Source: an uncultured Ruminococcus sp. (GTDB taxonomy: Bacteria > Bacillota > Clostridia > Oscillospirales > CAG-272). Taken from it: 64,000 nt of DNA. Numbering within the stretch: position 1 is the first letter of the stretch; every line of letters starts with the position of its first letter. A program made the position numbers and the translations under genes. Location: assembly GCA_902778725.1 (NCBI GenBank), contig CACYYS010000014.1, positions 418-64,417 of the forward strand, in the 5' to 3' direction. Below are positions 36,645-47,026 of the stretch, one piece after another. The notes under the pieces are model-generated. The model saw only the letters and a program-made list of their open reading frames with translations. It was not told where the DNA came from and did no database searches.

Positions 36645-36793
36645 AAAGGGTACCGGTCCTTTCTTTCAAATAATAGGGCGTGACGACGCGGGGCAGTCCT
36701 TTCATCTCCTTTCCTTGTATCCTGATTCTATTATAGCGTGACTGAATGAAAAAATAAAGTCCTTTTCGTGAATTTTTGGTGATTTTATAAAAG

Positions 36794-36824
36794 AAAAAAA
36801 GCGCGCTCCCGAAGGGGAGCGCGC
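36794..36824 (-). terminator. Intrinsic terminator after murA
   Basis: gcgcgctccc-gaag-gggagcgcgc followed by U7 on the minus strand. Confidence 0.78.
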
Positions 36825-36840
36825 AAAGGGAACGGGAGGG

Positions 36841-38127
36841 TCAGACGGCGACGGTCGCGTCGTCCGGCTCGGTCACCTTTCGGATATCGGCGCCGAGGGC
36901 GGCGAGCTTGCCGCAGATGTTGTCGTAGCCGCGTTCGATCGAGCCGATGTTGACGATGCTCGATACGCCGTCCGCCGCAAGAGCGGCGATGATCAGGGCG
37001 GCGCCTCCGCGCAGGTCCATCGCGCGCAGGGTCGCGGCGGAGAACTGCGGGACGCCCTCGATGATCGCGGTCTTGCCGTTGACGACGCGGACGTTCGCGC
37101 CCATCTTCTGCAGCTCGTCTATGTATTTGAACCGGTTTTCAAAGATCGTTTCGGTCACGTGGCTCACGCCGTCGCACAGGCAGAGCAGCGTGGCGATCTG
37201 CGGCTGAAGATCGGTCGGGAAGCCGGGGTAGGGCAGGGTCTTGACGGTGGTCTTATCCAGCCGCCTGTCGGCGGAGACGAGGATGGAGTCGTCCACCTCC
37301 TCGATCTGGGCGCCCATTTCCTCCAGCTTGGCGGAGAGACATTCCATATGCTTGGGGATCACGCCGTCGATGCGGACGCGTCCGCCCGTCGCCGCCGCCG
37401 CGATCATGAAGGTGCCGGCCTCGATCATATCGGGGATGATGCTGTAGGAGCAGCCGTGGAGGGTGTCCACGCCCTTGATCTTGATCACGTCCGTGCCGGC
37501 GCCGGTGATGTTTGCGCCGCAGGTGTTGAGGAAGTTGGCAAGGTCGACGATGTGCGGCTCTCTCGCCGCGTTGTCGACGATCGTGGTCCCCTCCGCCGTA
37601 ACGGCGGCGAGGATCAGGTTGGCGGTGGCGCCGACCGAGGTGGAGTCGAAGTAGACGGAACTGCCGTGCAGACCGTTTTTCGCCTCCGCGTCGATAAACC
37701 CGCTGTCGGTCGTGACGGTGGCGCCGAGCGCTTCAAAGGCCTTGACGTGCTGGTCGATCGGGCGGTTGCCGATGTCGCAGCCTCCGGGCCAGCCGACGTG
37801 CGCCCGGCCGAAACGCCCCAGCTCCGCGCCGATAAAGTAGGTGGAGCCGCGGATCTTGCCGATCAGCTCGGGCGGGGTCTGCCCCTGCCGGACGCGGCGG
37901 GTGTCGATCTCGACGGTGTTTTTGCCGGTCATGCGGACCGAGGCGCCCATCGCCCGGAGGATCTGGAGGGTGATCTCCACGTCGCTGATGGAGGGGACGT
38001 TTTCGATCACGCAGACGTCCCCGGTGAGGACAGTGGCGACCAGAATGGGGAGGGCGGCGTTTTTGAACCCGCTGATCGGGACGGAGCCCTGTAATCTTTT
38101 ACCGCCGTTGATGACGATTTTGTCCAT
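36841..38127 (-). CDS. murA: UDP-N-acetylglucosamine 1-carboxyvinyltransferase
   Basis: SGFKNAALP, PGGCDIGNRPIDQH, SVGAT, NAAREP, PGFPTDLQ, DLRGGA. Confidence 0.97.
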   Translation of the reverse strand: MDKIVINGGKRLQGSVPISGFKNAALPILVATVLTGDVCVIENVPSISDVEITLQILRAMGASVRMTGKNTVEIDTRRVRQGQTPPELIGKIRGSTYFIGAELGRFGRAHVGWPGGCDIGNRPIDQHVKAFEALGATVTTDSGFIDAEAKNGLHGSSVYFDSTSVGATANLILAAVTAEGTTIVDNAAREPHIVDLANFLNTCGANITGAGTDVIKIKGVDTLHGCSYSIIPDMIEAGTFMIAAAATGGRVRIDGVIPKHMECLSAKLEEMGAQIEEVDDSILVSADRRLDKTTVKTLPYPGFPTDLQPQIATLLCLCDGVSHVTETIFENRFKYIDELQKMGANVRVVNGKTAIIEGVPQFSAATLRAMDLRGGAALIIAALAADGVSSIVNIGSIERGYDNICGKLAALGADIRKVTEPDDATVAV

Positions 38128-38337
38128 ATCAATCGCGCTGATCGCGCTTCCTTTCTGAATTTTGAAAAGGAAAAGCGGGAAAGACCGGCGTGAAACGGCG
38201 GTCTTCCGCGAGAGGATGTTTTATTATCGTCTAATTATAACACAGCCTTCCGGAAAAGGGAAGAGGTTTTTCAAAAAAATCCGAAAAAAGAGCGTCGTTT
38301 ACTGACAGTATACGGCGCGGCGCGGGATCGGTGCGGG

Positions 38338-39498
38338 TCAGTTTTCCCCGTCGGCCGCGCGGTAGTAGGCGACGGCGAGATCGACGACCATGCCGTAGCT
38401 TTTCGTCCCCTCCGTGCCCTGATATTTGAGGTAGGAGTCGTTGATCGCCTCGTTGACGGTCGCCGCGGTCGACTCGCGGTACTTCTCAAAGAAGGCGGCG
38501 TAGGCGCGCAGCTCCCCCTGTACCGCGGGCAGGAGCGCGCCGTATACCTCGCGGTAGCGGGCGGAGTCCGCGCCGTAGAGGGCGTTCAGGACGTATTCGA
38601 GGACGCCGAGCGCGCCGCTGTACCGGATATAAGGATCGGAGGACTCCATACAGACGAGGAAGCCGATGAAATTCGCTTCATCTTCCCGGGAGACGCCCCG
38701 TTGATGCGAGAGCTCGTGCGCGGCGGTGTAGGGGAGGGAATAATCGGGGAAATCGATATTGAGATTCGCCTCCCCGGTGAAGGGGAAGTAGATGCCGGTC
38801 GTGTGCATGTAGGACATCGCAACGCTGAATGCAACAGGCTTTACGCGGGTCCGGAAGCTTTGTAGGAAGGGATGGCGGAGGTGGAGGGAGGCGTAGGCGT
38901 CGCACAGCTTTCCGCTCAGCTCGTCGAGGGAGTACGGCATCACGGAAAAGCCGGTGTCCGCATAGTCGAGACCGGGTGAAAGTCGGTTCACTTCCTCGGC
39001 GAGCCGCATCGCGGTCCCGTATAGCTCGTCGGTGCTGACCGCCCGTTTCTCCATCCCGAGCCGGCGGTCGATCGTGCTGGTCTGATACCCGCAGAAAAAG
39101 GTGAAGACCGAGAAGGTGTAGACACAGAGCGCGACGGAGAGCAGGAGGGAGGAGAGGCGCAGGAAGCCGCCTCTTTCCGCCAGCTTCTCCCACGCGATGA
39201 TCAGAAAAGCGACGAAGAGAAAGGGCGAGAGCAGGATCAGCGTCTCCCCGAGGGAGAAGGGGAGGAGCGAGGTGAGCTTGCCGAGCAGCATCCGGGGAAG
39301 GGAGGCGATATGATCGGTGAAAAAATCGGCGAAGGCGGCGGAGCGGGAGGCGACGATCCGCAGGATCAGCGAGAGGAGGGCGAGCCCCGCCGAGACAAGG
39401 AGGAGGGGACGGAAAAAGAGCCGGGCGCGGGAGGTTTTTCCGGGGGCGGATCCGGCCGCTCCGGCCTTTTCCTCCGGGGGTTGCGCCGATGTGTTCAT
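38338..39498 (-). CDS. DUF3810-family membrane-anchored putative metalloprotease
   Basis: PFSLGE, GIYFPFTGEAN, AHELSHQRG..REDEANF. Confidence 0.85.
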   Translation of the reverse strand: MNTSAQPPEEKAGAAGSAPGKTSRARLFFRPLLLVSAGLALLSLILRIVASRSAAFADFFTDHIASLPRMLLGKLTSLLPFSLGETLILLSPFLFVAFLIIAWEKLAERGGFLRLSSLLLSVALCVYTFSVFTFFCGYQTSTIDRRLGMEKRAVSTDELYGTAMRLAEEVNRLSPGLDYADTGFSVMPYSLDELSGKLCDAYASLHLRHPFLQSFRTRVKPVAFSVAMSYMHTTGIYFPFTGEANLNIDFPDYSLPYTAAHELSHQRGVSREDEANFIGFLVCMESSDPYIRYSGALGVLEYVLNALYGADSARYREVYGALLPAVQGELRAYAAFFEKYRESTAATVNEAINDSYLKYQGTEGTKSYGMVVDLAVAYYRAADGEN

Positions 39499-40397
39499 AG
39501 GACGGTACCGAACCTTTCTTTTGCTTCTTTTGCCAGCCGTTCTTCCGCCGGGCAGACGACGGCGAGCGTTTCCCCCGTCAGCGGGTGGGAAAAGCGGATC
39601 TCCCGGGCGTGGAGCATACAGCGGGAGGCGCCGCTTTCCTCTCCGTAAAAGCCGTCTCCCGCGATCGGGCAGCCGATCGCCGCGAGGGAGACGCGGATCT
39701 GGTGGGTCCTGCCGGTGCGGGGGAAGACGTGCAGGAGAGCCCCCCGCCCGTCTTTCGCCAGGACCGTGTAGTCGGTGCGGGCGTACTTTCCGACGGGATC
39801 GGAAAAGGAAAAGACGCGTTGGATCCCAGGTCCTTCCGCGCGCCGGATATAGCCCTCGATCCTGCCGCTCTCCTCCGCCGGGACGCCGTCCGTGATCGCG
39901 AGATAGCGTTTTTCGATCCCGCCCGAGGCGATCATGGCGGAGAGGCGGGAGGCCGCGTATTTTGTTTTTGCGCAGAGGACGACGCCGGAGACGTCGGTAT
40001 CCAGCCGCGTGATCGGCCGGAAGACGAACGGCTCGCCCCGCTCGGAAAAGAGGAAAGCGGCGCCGTTTGCCAGCGTGCCGCGCGGATGCCCGCGCGAGGG
40101 ATGGGTGGGGATGCCCGCCGGTTTTTCGAGCAGGAGCAGGGCCCCGTCCTCAAAGAGGACGCGGATCCCGAGATCGTCGGGAAAAAGGTCGGCGGTCTCG
40201 GTCTCCCTGTCGCAGTCGACCGAGACGGTCTCGCCCGCCCGGACCGGGTCGCGCATGAAGCGCGGTCTTCCGTCCACCAGGACGCCGGTCTCCGAGCGTC
40301 TGAGGTCTTTGAGCAGTTCGGCGGAGCAGTGGAGCCGGCTGCGCAGCAGCGTGCGCAGGCGGACGCCGTCCTGCTCCTTTTGCACGGTATAACGCAT
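39495..40397 (-). CDS. RluA/RluD-family pseudouridine synthase
   Basis: KPAGIPTHP, TRLDTDVSG, TGRTHQIRV, GD.FYG, LHA; the true start MRYTV follows GGAGGGG, so the 652-aa ORF is over-extended. Confidence 0.92.
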   Translation of the reverse strand: MRYTVQKEQDGVRLRTLLRSRLHCSAELLKDLRRSETGVLVDGRPRFMRDPVRAGETVSVDCDRETETADLFPDDLGIRVLFEDGALLLLEKPAGIPTHPSRGHPRGTLANGAAFLFSERGEPFVFRPITRLDTDVSGVVLCAKTKYAASRLSAMIASGGIEKRYLAITDGVPAEESGRIEGYIRRAEGPGIQRVFSFSDPVGKYARTDYTVLAKDGRGALLHVFPRTGRTHQIRVSLAAIGCPIAGDGFYGEESGASRCMLHAREIRFSHPLTGETLAVVCPAEERLAKEAKERFGTVL

Positions 40398-40613
40398 AGT
40401 CCCCTCCGATCTTTCAGACATATCCAGTATACCACGGATCGGGAAAAAATCAACACTTTCCTTTCCTCCGGCGGAGGGGCGCGAAAAAAGCGGGGCGGGA
40501 AGAAAAAAATTTACGGAAACTATTGGACATTCGCAATATAGTATGTTATACTTAATTTTACATAGTCGTGCGCGTCGGCTTTCCGGCGCAAAAAAGCGTG
40601 ACGGGGGATCTCT

Positions 40614-41498
40614 ATGGAAGCGATCAAGGAATATTTTTCCGCGTTCTTCACCAATATGGCAAGTCAGCTGAAGATGATGAAATGGACGGACGTCCTCGAT
40701 ATCCTCCTGCTGACGGCGCTGCTGTATCTCTGCTACCGCTTCCTGCGGGACCGGCGGGCGGGCAAGCTCGCCTCCGGCGTCCTGTTCGTCCTCCTTCTCC
40801 TCCTGCTCTGCGAGGTCCTCGCGCTCAACACGATGCGTTTCCTTTTGCAGAACGTCGTACAGGTCGGGATCATCGCGCTGCTCGTCCTTTTCCAGCCTGA
40901 GCTGCGCGAGGCGCTGGAAAAGGTCGGGACCCAGCCTCTGCGCGGGATCAAGAGCCTCTCCGAGTCGAAGGATCTCGCGGCGTTCAACGGCGCCGTCAAC
41001 GAGATCTGCACCGCCGCGACCGAGCTCAGCCGTTCCCGCACCGGCGCGCTGATCGTCATCGAGCGCAATACCAAACTCGGCGATATCATCCGGACCGGCG
41101 TCCCCGTGGACGCGAACGTCAATTCCTACCTGATCCGCAACATCTTTTACGAGGGGGCGCCCCTGCACGACGGCGCCATCATCATCCGCGACTTCCGCGT
41201 CTGCGCCGCCAACTGTTATCTCCCCCTCTCCCAGAACCCGGATATCACCAAAGAGGTCGGCACCCGCCACCGCGCGGCGATCGGCATCAGCGAGGCGAGC
41301 GACGCCGTGGTCGTCTGCGTGTCGGAGGAGACGGGGATCATCTCCGTCGTGATCGGCGGGGAGATGACCCGCCGCTACAACTTCCAGACCCTCAACGAAA
41401 AGCTGACCCGCGAGCTTTCCGATACCGATCTGTTCCGCAGGATCAAGAAGCATGAACAGAAGCCCGGCGCCGCCGGAGAAAAGGGGGAGGACGCCTGA
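40614..41498 (+). CDS. cdaA: Diadenylate cyclase CdaA/DacA
   Basis: 3 TM segments, FQPELR.ALE, GALIVIER, PLHDGA, GTRHRAA, VSEETG. Confidence 0.96.
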   Translation: MEAIKEYFSAFFTNMASQLKMMKWTDVLDILLLTALLYLCYRFLRDRRAGKLASGVLFVLLLLLLCEVLALNTMRFLLQNVVQVGIIALLVLFQPELREALEKVGTQPLRGIKSLSESKDLAAFNGAVNEICTAATELSRSRTGALIVIERNTKLGDIIRTGVPVDANVNSYLIRNIFYEGAPLHDGAIIIRDFRVCAANCYLPLSQNPDITKEVGTRHRAAIGISEASDAVVVCVSEETGIISVVIGGEMTRRYNFQTLNEKLTRELSDTDLFRRIKKHEQKPGAAGEKGEDA

Positions 41499-41499
41499 T

Positions 41500-42747
41500 A
41501 TGAACGCAGAAGAGAAAAAATCTCCCGGCGGGAGAGGGGAGCGGACTCCGGGCGGCTACTCCCGCGTCGTCAACGTCGTCGCCTTCATCGTCTGTCTCGT
41601 CATCGCCGTCTCCGCCTGGCTCTACGTCATGCAGACGGAGAGTCCCGAGTACGAGGAGACCTTTGCCCGCGTCGCGATCGAGATCGAGAATACCTCCCGT
41701 CTTTCCCAGACGAATTCCCTCTCGGTGATCGGCGGCTGGAACGCCTCGGTGGAGGTCAAGGTCAAGGGCAAAAAATCGGATATCGCCAAATACACGGCGG
41801 AGGATCTCTCCGCCTCCGTCGACGTCGGCGCGATCACCGCGCCCGGCGTGCATACCCTTGACGTTTCCGTCCGGCTCCCGGAGCGGCTCACCTTTGTCAG
41901 CTGCTACCCCTCCTCCGTCCAGGTGGAGGTGGACTACGTCGCGACAAAGACGGTCCGGGTGGAGCCGAGGATCGTTTCCGCCTCCTACGGGACGGAGCGG
42001 GAGCTCGGCGACCCGGTCGCCAGCCCCGCGGAGATCACCGTGAGCGGCCCCTCCGCCGTGCTGGAAACGGTCGCTTCCGCGCGCGTCTCGCTGTCCCTCG
42101 GGGAGCTGACCGGCTCCGTCGTGGCGGTCGATACCGTGACGCTGGTCGACTCGGAGGGAGAACCGGTCGAAAACCCCTATCTCACCCTCAGCAGCGGCAG
42201 CGTCTCCGTCACCGTCCCGGTCTATGAAAAAAAGACGGTCCCGCTGAAGGTGGATTACCGGTACGGCTACTTCAACAATCTCTACTGTAAAGTGACGATC
42301 GAGCCGGCGTCCGTCACCCTCAAGGGGGAGCGCGGCGCGCTGGAATCGGTCGACTTCATCCTGCTTGACACGCTCGACGAAAAACAGATCACCTCCGACA
42401 TCACGCGCAGCATCGCGATCTCGGTGCCGGAGAAGACGACGCTGGTCGACGGCGTGACCGCCGCCACCGTCACGGTGGAGAACACCAACACCTCGCAAAA
42501 GACCGTCAGCGTGACCGATATCAAGAAGATCGGAAACGGCTACGAGCTTGTGACAAAGAGCCTGGAGATCCTCTTGCGGGGTCCGACGACGATCATGGAC
42601 AAGATCGAAGCGAAGGACGTGACCGTCACCGTGGATCTGACCAAGCTGACGGGAACGGGAGAAATCAAAGTGGAGGCGAACGTCGCGGTGGCGAGCAGCT
42701 TCGTTTACGAGCTGGGGACCTATTACGTCACCGTGAAGAAGAACTGA
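41500..42747 (+). CDS. cdaR: CdaR (YbbR-domain) regulator
   Basis: Single TM ending W.YV, then repeated YbbR-like beta domains (P..ITVSGP, P.SVTLKG); directly after cdaA. Confidence 0.88.
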   Translation: MNAEEKKSPGGRGERTPGGYSRVVNVVAFIVCLVIAVSAWLYVMQTESPEYEETFARVAIEIENTSRLSQTNSLSVIGGWNASVEVKVKGKKSDIAKYTAEDLSASVDVGAITAPGVHTLDVSVRLPERLTFVSCYPSSVQVEVDYVATKTVRVEPRIVSASYGTERELGDPVASPAEITVSGPSAVLETVASARVSLSLGELTGSVVAVDTVTLVDSEGEPVENPYLTLSSGSVSVTVPVYEKKTVPLKVDYRYGYFNNLYCKVTIEPASVTLKGERGALESVDFILLDTLDEKQITSDITRSIAISVPEKTTLVDGVTAATVTVENTNTSQKTVSVTDIKKIGNGYELVTKSLEILLRGPTTIMDKIEAKDVTVTVDLTKLTGTGEIKVEANVAVASSFVYELGTYYVTVKKN

Positions 42748-42748
42748 T

Positions 42749-44356
42749 TTGGCCGAACTGATCTTAAACGACGTGATCCTCCCGCCGGACGGGGGAGAGG
42801 CGGAGGCGTGCGCTCTCGCCGAAAAGCGGCTGAGGGAAAACGGTCTCCGCGCGAGCGGGACGTCCGTTTACCGCTGCGCGGTGGACGCCCGCCGCAAACA
42901 TAACGTCCGGCTCGTCTGGTCCGTCCGCGTGCGGACGGAGGATCCCCTCCCCGCCGGGGAGGAGGAGAAAAAAGCGCTGCTCGCCCGCCTGCACGCAAAC
43001 GAGGGCGGCGCTTTCTACGATCTTTCGCGTTTTCCGGAGAGGGAGGCGCCGCCGGAGGGACCGCCGCTGATCGTCGGCATGGGTCCGGCGGGGCTGTTCG
43101 CCGCTCTCCTCCTGGCAAAGAAGGGGATGCGGCCTGTTCTCCTCGAGCGGGGCGGTACGGTCCGGGAACGGATCGCCGCCCGCGACGCTTTTTATCGGAC
43201 GGGACGGCTCGACCCCGACTGCAACGTCCAGTTCGGCGCCGGCGGCGCCGGCACCTTCTCGGACGGGAAGCTCGTCACAAGGGTGAACGACCCCCGCTGC
43301 CGCTTCGTTCTGGAGGAGCTTTGCTCCCTCGGCGCGCCGCGCGAGATCCTCAGCCGCGCCCGGCCGCACGTCGGGACCGACCGGCTCCCCGCCCTGATCG
43401 AGCGGGCGGCGGAACGGATCGCCGCGCTCGGCGGCAGGATCCTCTATCACACCGCTCTCACCGGTTTTTTTGTCTCGGACGGGCGTATCGCCGCCGCGCG
43501 GACGACCGGCGGAGAGATCCCCTGTTCCTCTCTCGTCCTCGCCTGCGGACACAGCGCGCGGGACGTTTACGCTTTCCTCCCGCGATGGGGCGTCCCTCTC
43601 GAGGTAAAGCCCTTCTCGGTCGGGGTGCGGATCGAGCATACCGCGGCGGAGATCGATCGCGCCATGTACGGCGCGCTTGCCGGACATCCGGCGCTCGGTC
43701 ACGCCGAGTACAACCTCTCCCACCGCGTGGACGGCAGGGGAGTCTACACCTTTTGTATGTGCCCGGGCGGGGAGGTCGTCGCCGCCGCGACGGAGGCGGG
43801 CGGCGTCGTCACCAACGGTATGAGCCCCTTTGCGCGCGACGGCGTCAACTCCAACGCGGCCGTGGCCGTTTCCGTCTTTCCCTCGGATTGCGGCGGTACG
43901 CCGGAGGGGGCGGTCGCCTTCCAGCGGGAGCTGGAGCGGCGCGCCTTCACGCTCGGCGGCGGGGGGTATTTCGCTCCCGTTTCCACCGTCGGGGATCTGA
44001 TGCGGGGACTGTCGGGGACCGCGCCCTCGCGCGTCCGTCCGACCTATATGGGCGGCCGGTGCCGCGCGGCGGATCTCGGCTCGCTTTTCCCCTCCTTTGT
44101 TACACGGGCCCTCCGGGGAGGCCTCGCCGCCTTCGGCGGGACGCTCGCGGGGTTCGACGCGCCGGACGCCGTCCTGACGGCGGCGGAGACGCGCACCTCC
44201 GCTCCGCTCCGGATCCCGCGGGATCCGGAAACTCTCGCGTCCCCCGTCCTGTCCAATCTCTACCCCTGCGGGGAGGGAGCGGGCTACGCCGGAGGGATCA
44301 CCAGCGCCGCCGCGGACGGGCTCCGGGTGGCGGAAAAGATCTTACTGGGAGACTGA
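42749..44356 (+). CDS. Uncharacterised FAD-dependent oxidoreductase (COG2509-like)
   Basis: IVGMGPAGL, GGAGTFSDGKL, GVRIEH, YTFCMCPGG, ETRTSAP, PCGEGAGYAGGI. Confidence 0.88.
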   Translation: MAELILNDVILPPDGGEAEACALAEKRLRENGLRASGTSVYRCAVDARRKHNVRLVWSVRVRTEDPLPAGEEEKKALLARLHANEGGAFYDLSRFPEREAPPEGPPLIVGMGPAGLFAALLLAKKGMRPVLLERGGTVRERIAARDAFYRTGRLDPDCNVQFGAGGAGTFSDGKLVTRVNDPRCRFVLEELCSLGAPREILSRARPHVGTDRLPALIERAAERIAALGGRILYHTALTGFFVSDGRIAAARTTGGEIPCSSLVLACGHSARDVYAFLPRWGVPLEVKPFSVGVRIEHTAAEIDRAMYGALAGHPALGHAEYNLSHRVDGRGVYTFCMCPGGEVVAAATEAGGVVTNGMSPFARDGVNSNAAVAVSVFPSDCGGTPEGAVAFQRELERRAFTLGGGGYFAPVSTVGDLMRGLSGTAPSRVRPTYMGGRCRAADLGSLFPSFVTRALRGGLAAFGGTLAGFDAPDAVLTAAETRTSAPLRIPRDPETLASPVLSNLYPCGEGAGYAGGITSAAADGLRVAEKILLGD

Positions 44357-44357
44357 T

Positions 44358-44819
44358 ATGCAGCAGAATGCGACTGTGATCAAAACGGACGGCGTATACG
44401 CCGTCGTGGAGGCGGTCCGCTCCTCCGCCTGTGACGGATGTCACCGGGCGGCGGAAGGATGTACCGCCTGCAGTCTGCTCGGCGGGAAAAACACGATGCA
44501 GGCAAAAGCCCGCAACGACGCCGGCGCAAAGGAGGGGGACCTCGTCTCGGTGGAGGCGTCCTCCGGGCGCACGCTTTTTTACGCGATCCTCGTTTTCCTC
44601 CTTCCGCTCCTTCTGGCGGCGGCGGGCTATTTTGCCGCCTTCCTTGCCGGCGGGGAGGAGAAGATCCGGATCGCCGCGGGCGCCGGCGGCTTCCTCCTTG
44701 CCATGATCGGCGTTTTCCTGTATTCCCGCCTGGCGCTCGCCGGCCGCTGCGACATCCGCGTCACGGAGATCCTTTGCCCTGCCGCGGACAGGGAGAAAGA
44801 CGAGGGCCCGGATCGGTGA
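44358..44819 (+). CDS. RseC/MucC-family membrane protein
   Basis: RSSACDGC......CTAC, A.N..GAK.GD.V.VE and two TM helices. Confidence 0.82.
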   Translation: MQQNATVIKTDGVYAVVEAVRSSACDGCHRAAEGCTACSLLGGKNTMQAKARNDAGAKEGDLVSVEASSGRTLFYAILVFLLPLLLAAAGYFAAFLAGGEEKIRIAAGAGGFLLAMIGVFLYSRLALAGRCDIRVTEILCPAADREKDEGPDR

Positions 44820-47026
44820 ACGGCAGAGCTTTGGAAAAAAAGACAAAAAAATGGACTCTGCGCGAGGGCGCGGAGGAGCGGCGGGAGTCGGCGGAGGTCG
44901 ACGCTCTGGCGGCGGATCTGCGCGTTTCCCGCGCGTTTGCTTCGCTGCTTTTTGTTCGCGGATACCGCGACGCAAAGCAGGCGAACGCCTTTCTCCGCGC
45001 ACAGGAGGAGATTTTGCACGATCCCTTCCTCCTCCCCGATATGCGGCGGGCGGTCGATACCGTCGAGCGTACGCTGAGGGAGGGGAAGAAGATCCGCGTC
45101 TACGGAGACTACGACGTGGACGGCGTTACCTCGGTCAGCACGCTCTTCCTCTACCTCCGCTCCCGGGGCGCGGACGTTTCCTACTATATCCCGGACCGGA
45201 TCCGGGACGGATACGGGATGTCCGCTTCCGCCGTCGCCGCGATGGCGGAGGAGGGCGTCTCCCTGATCGTTACGGTCGATACCGGCGTCACGGCGAACGA
45301 GGAGATCGCGCAGGCCAAAGCGCGCGGGCTCTCGGTCGTCGTGACCGACCACCATGAGTGCAGAGACGAACTCCCGGACGCCGATGCCGTCGTCAATCCC
45401 CGCCGGCGGGACAGCGAGTACCCCTTTGACGGGCTTGCCGGGGTCGGGGTCGTCTTCAAGCTGATCTGCGCGATGGAGATGCTGCGAAAGGACGATCCGC
45501 TCTCCGCCGTGCGGGAGGTGTGCGCCGAATACGCCGACCTCGTCGCGCTCGGCACGATCGCGGACGTGATGCCCATCGCGGATGAAAACCGCCTGATCGT
45601 CAAGTACGGGCTGTCCCGGATCCGCCGCGGCAGCCGCAAGGCGATCTCCGCGATCATCGCCTCCTCGCGCAAGCGCCCGGACGGCGGCTCCTCCTATCAA
45701 AAGCCGCCGCGCATCACCTCCTCCTTTATCGGCTTTACCATCGCGCCGCGGATCAACGCGGCGGGCCGGATCGCGAACGCCGCGCGCGCGGTCGAGCTGT
45801 TTCTGACCGAGTCGCCCGCCCGCGCGGAGGAGCTCGCCGACGAGCTGTGCGAGGTCAACCGCCTCCGCCAGACGGAGGAGAACCGCATCGCCGCGGAAGC
45901 GATGGAGAAGATCGGGGAAGAGCTTGACCCGGAAAAGGAACCGGTGATCGTGCTGGAGGACGATCACTGGCATCACGGCGTTGTCGGGATCGTCTCCTCC
46001 CGGATCACCGAGCGCTTCGGCCTCCCCTCCATCCTGATCTCCTACGAGGGGTCGGGGAACGGGACGCCGGACGGCGAGGATATCGGAAAAGGCTCCGGAC
46101 GGAGCGTGCGGGGGCTGAACCTTGTGGAAGCGCTCGCCTCCTGCTCCGATCTGCTGGAAAAATACGGCGGGCACGAGCTGGCCGCCGGTCTGACGGTGAA
46201 GCGGCGCAACGTCGCCGCCTTCCGCCGCCGGATCAACGAGTACGCCGCGGGCGTCTTTTCCGCCGGCGCGGCGGAGCTCTCTCTCGAATACGACATGGAG
46301 CTTGCTCCCGGAGAGGCGGATCTGCCCTTCGCGGAGGAGCTGCAGCTGCTTGAGCCGTGCGGGGTCGGCAATCCCGCCCCCCTCTTTGTCATGCGGGACG
46401 TCCCCGTGCTGGAGGTCCTGCCGGTCAGCGCGGGCAAGCATACCAAGCTGATCCTCGACTGCGGCGGCACCCAGATCGCCGCGATGTATTTTTCCCGCTC
46501 TCCGGCCGCCGCCGGCGTTTTTGCAGGGGAGAGGGCGGACCTGCTCTTTTCCGTCGATATCAACGAGTACGGCGGGGCGCGGAGCGTGCAGTTCATCTTA
46601 AAGGATCTGCACCGGTCCGAGACGGCGGAAAAACGCCGTCTGCAGCAGCGGACGCGCTTTGCCGAGATCCTGGCGGGCGCGGAGATCCCGGCAGGCGAGG
46701 ACGCCGTACCGGAGCGGGCGGATATCGCCGCCGTTTATACGATGCTCCGGCGGGAGGCGCGCGTCGGCAACGACGAGCTGAGCTGCCGCGCGATGCTCTC
46801 GCTCCTGCAGGAGGACGGGGGAGAGGGACCGGGCTACCTCAAGCTTCGCTTCACCCTCCTGATCCTCGAGGAGCTCGGCCTGATCAAGCTGGAGGAAAAG
46901 GAAGAGGAGACCTACCGGATCTCCTTGGAACCGGTAAAGGAAAAAACGCTGCTGGAGCGCTCCGCGCTGCTCCGGCGGCTGCGCGCATCACAAAAACGGG
47001 AGAACGGCTATGGCGGAGACCGATAA
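44816..47026 (+). CDS. recJ: Single-stranded-DNA exonuclease RecJ
   Basis: YGDYDVDG, TVDTG, TDHH, GTIADVMP, APRINAAGR, GGHELAAG; GTG start overlapping the previous stop is inferred. Confidence 0.95.
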   Translation: MNGRALEKKTKKWTLREGAEERRESAEVDALAADLRVSRAFASLLFVRGYRDAKQANAFLRAQEEILHDPFLLPDMRRAVDTVERTLREGKKIRVYGDYDVDGVTSVSTLFLYLRSRGADVSYYIPDRIRDGYGMSASAVAAMAEEGVSLIVTVDTGVTANEEIAQAKARGLSVVVTDHHECRDELPDADAVVNPRRRDSEYPFDGLAGVGVVFKLICAMEMLRKDDPLSAVREVCAEYADLVALGTIADVMPIADENRLIVKYGLSRIRRGSRKAISAIIASSRKRPDGGSSYQKPPRITSSFIGFTIAPRINAAGRIANAARAVELFLTESPARAEELADELCEVNRLRQTEENRIAAEAMEKIGEELDPEKEPVIVLEDDHWHHGVVGIVSSRITERFGLPSILISYEGSGNGTPDGEDIGKGSGRSVRGLNLVEALASCSDLLEKYGGHELAAGLTVKRRNVAAFRRRINEYAAGVFSAGAAELSLEYDMELAPGEADLPFAEELQLLEPCGVGNPAPLFVMRDVPVLEVLPVSAGKHTKLILDCGGTQIAAMYFSRSPAAAGVFAGERADLLFSVDINEYGGARSVQFILKDLHRSETAEKRRLQQRTRFAEILAGAEIPAGEDAVPERADIAAVYTMLRREARVGNDELSCRAMLSLLQEDGGEGPGYLKLRFTLLILEELGLIKLEEKEEETYRISLEPVKEKTLLERSALLRRLRASQKRENGYGGDR

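Noticed and set aside
36514-36790. raiA-motif RNA or an upstream ORF (36514-36705) in the hpf leader
   Set aside because: The leader after the likely TATAAT is only about 80 nt, too short for the raiA motif, and shows no matching structure. The small ORF overlaps hpf out of frame and has poor RBS spacing.
40398-41453. Apparent 652-aa RluA fusion protein
   Set aside because: The extension is antisense to cdaA; RluA has its own RBS and start at 40397
44438-44815. N-terminal extension of RecJ in the ORF track
   Set aside because: It overlaps the RseC-like gene in another frame and has low-complexity Arg/Gly/Pro composition
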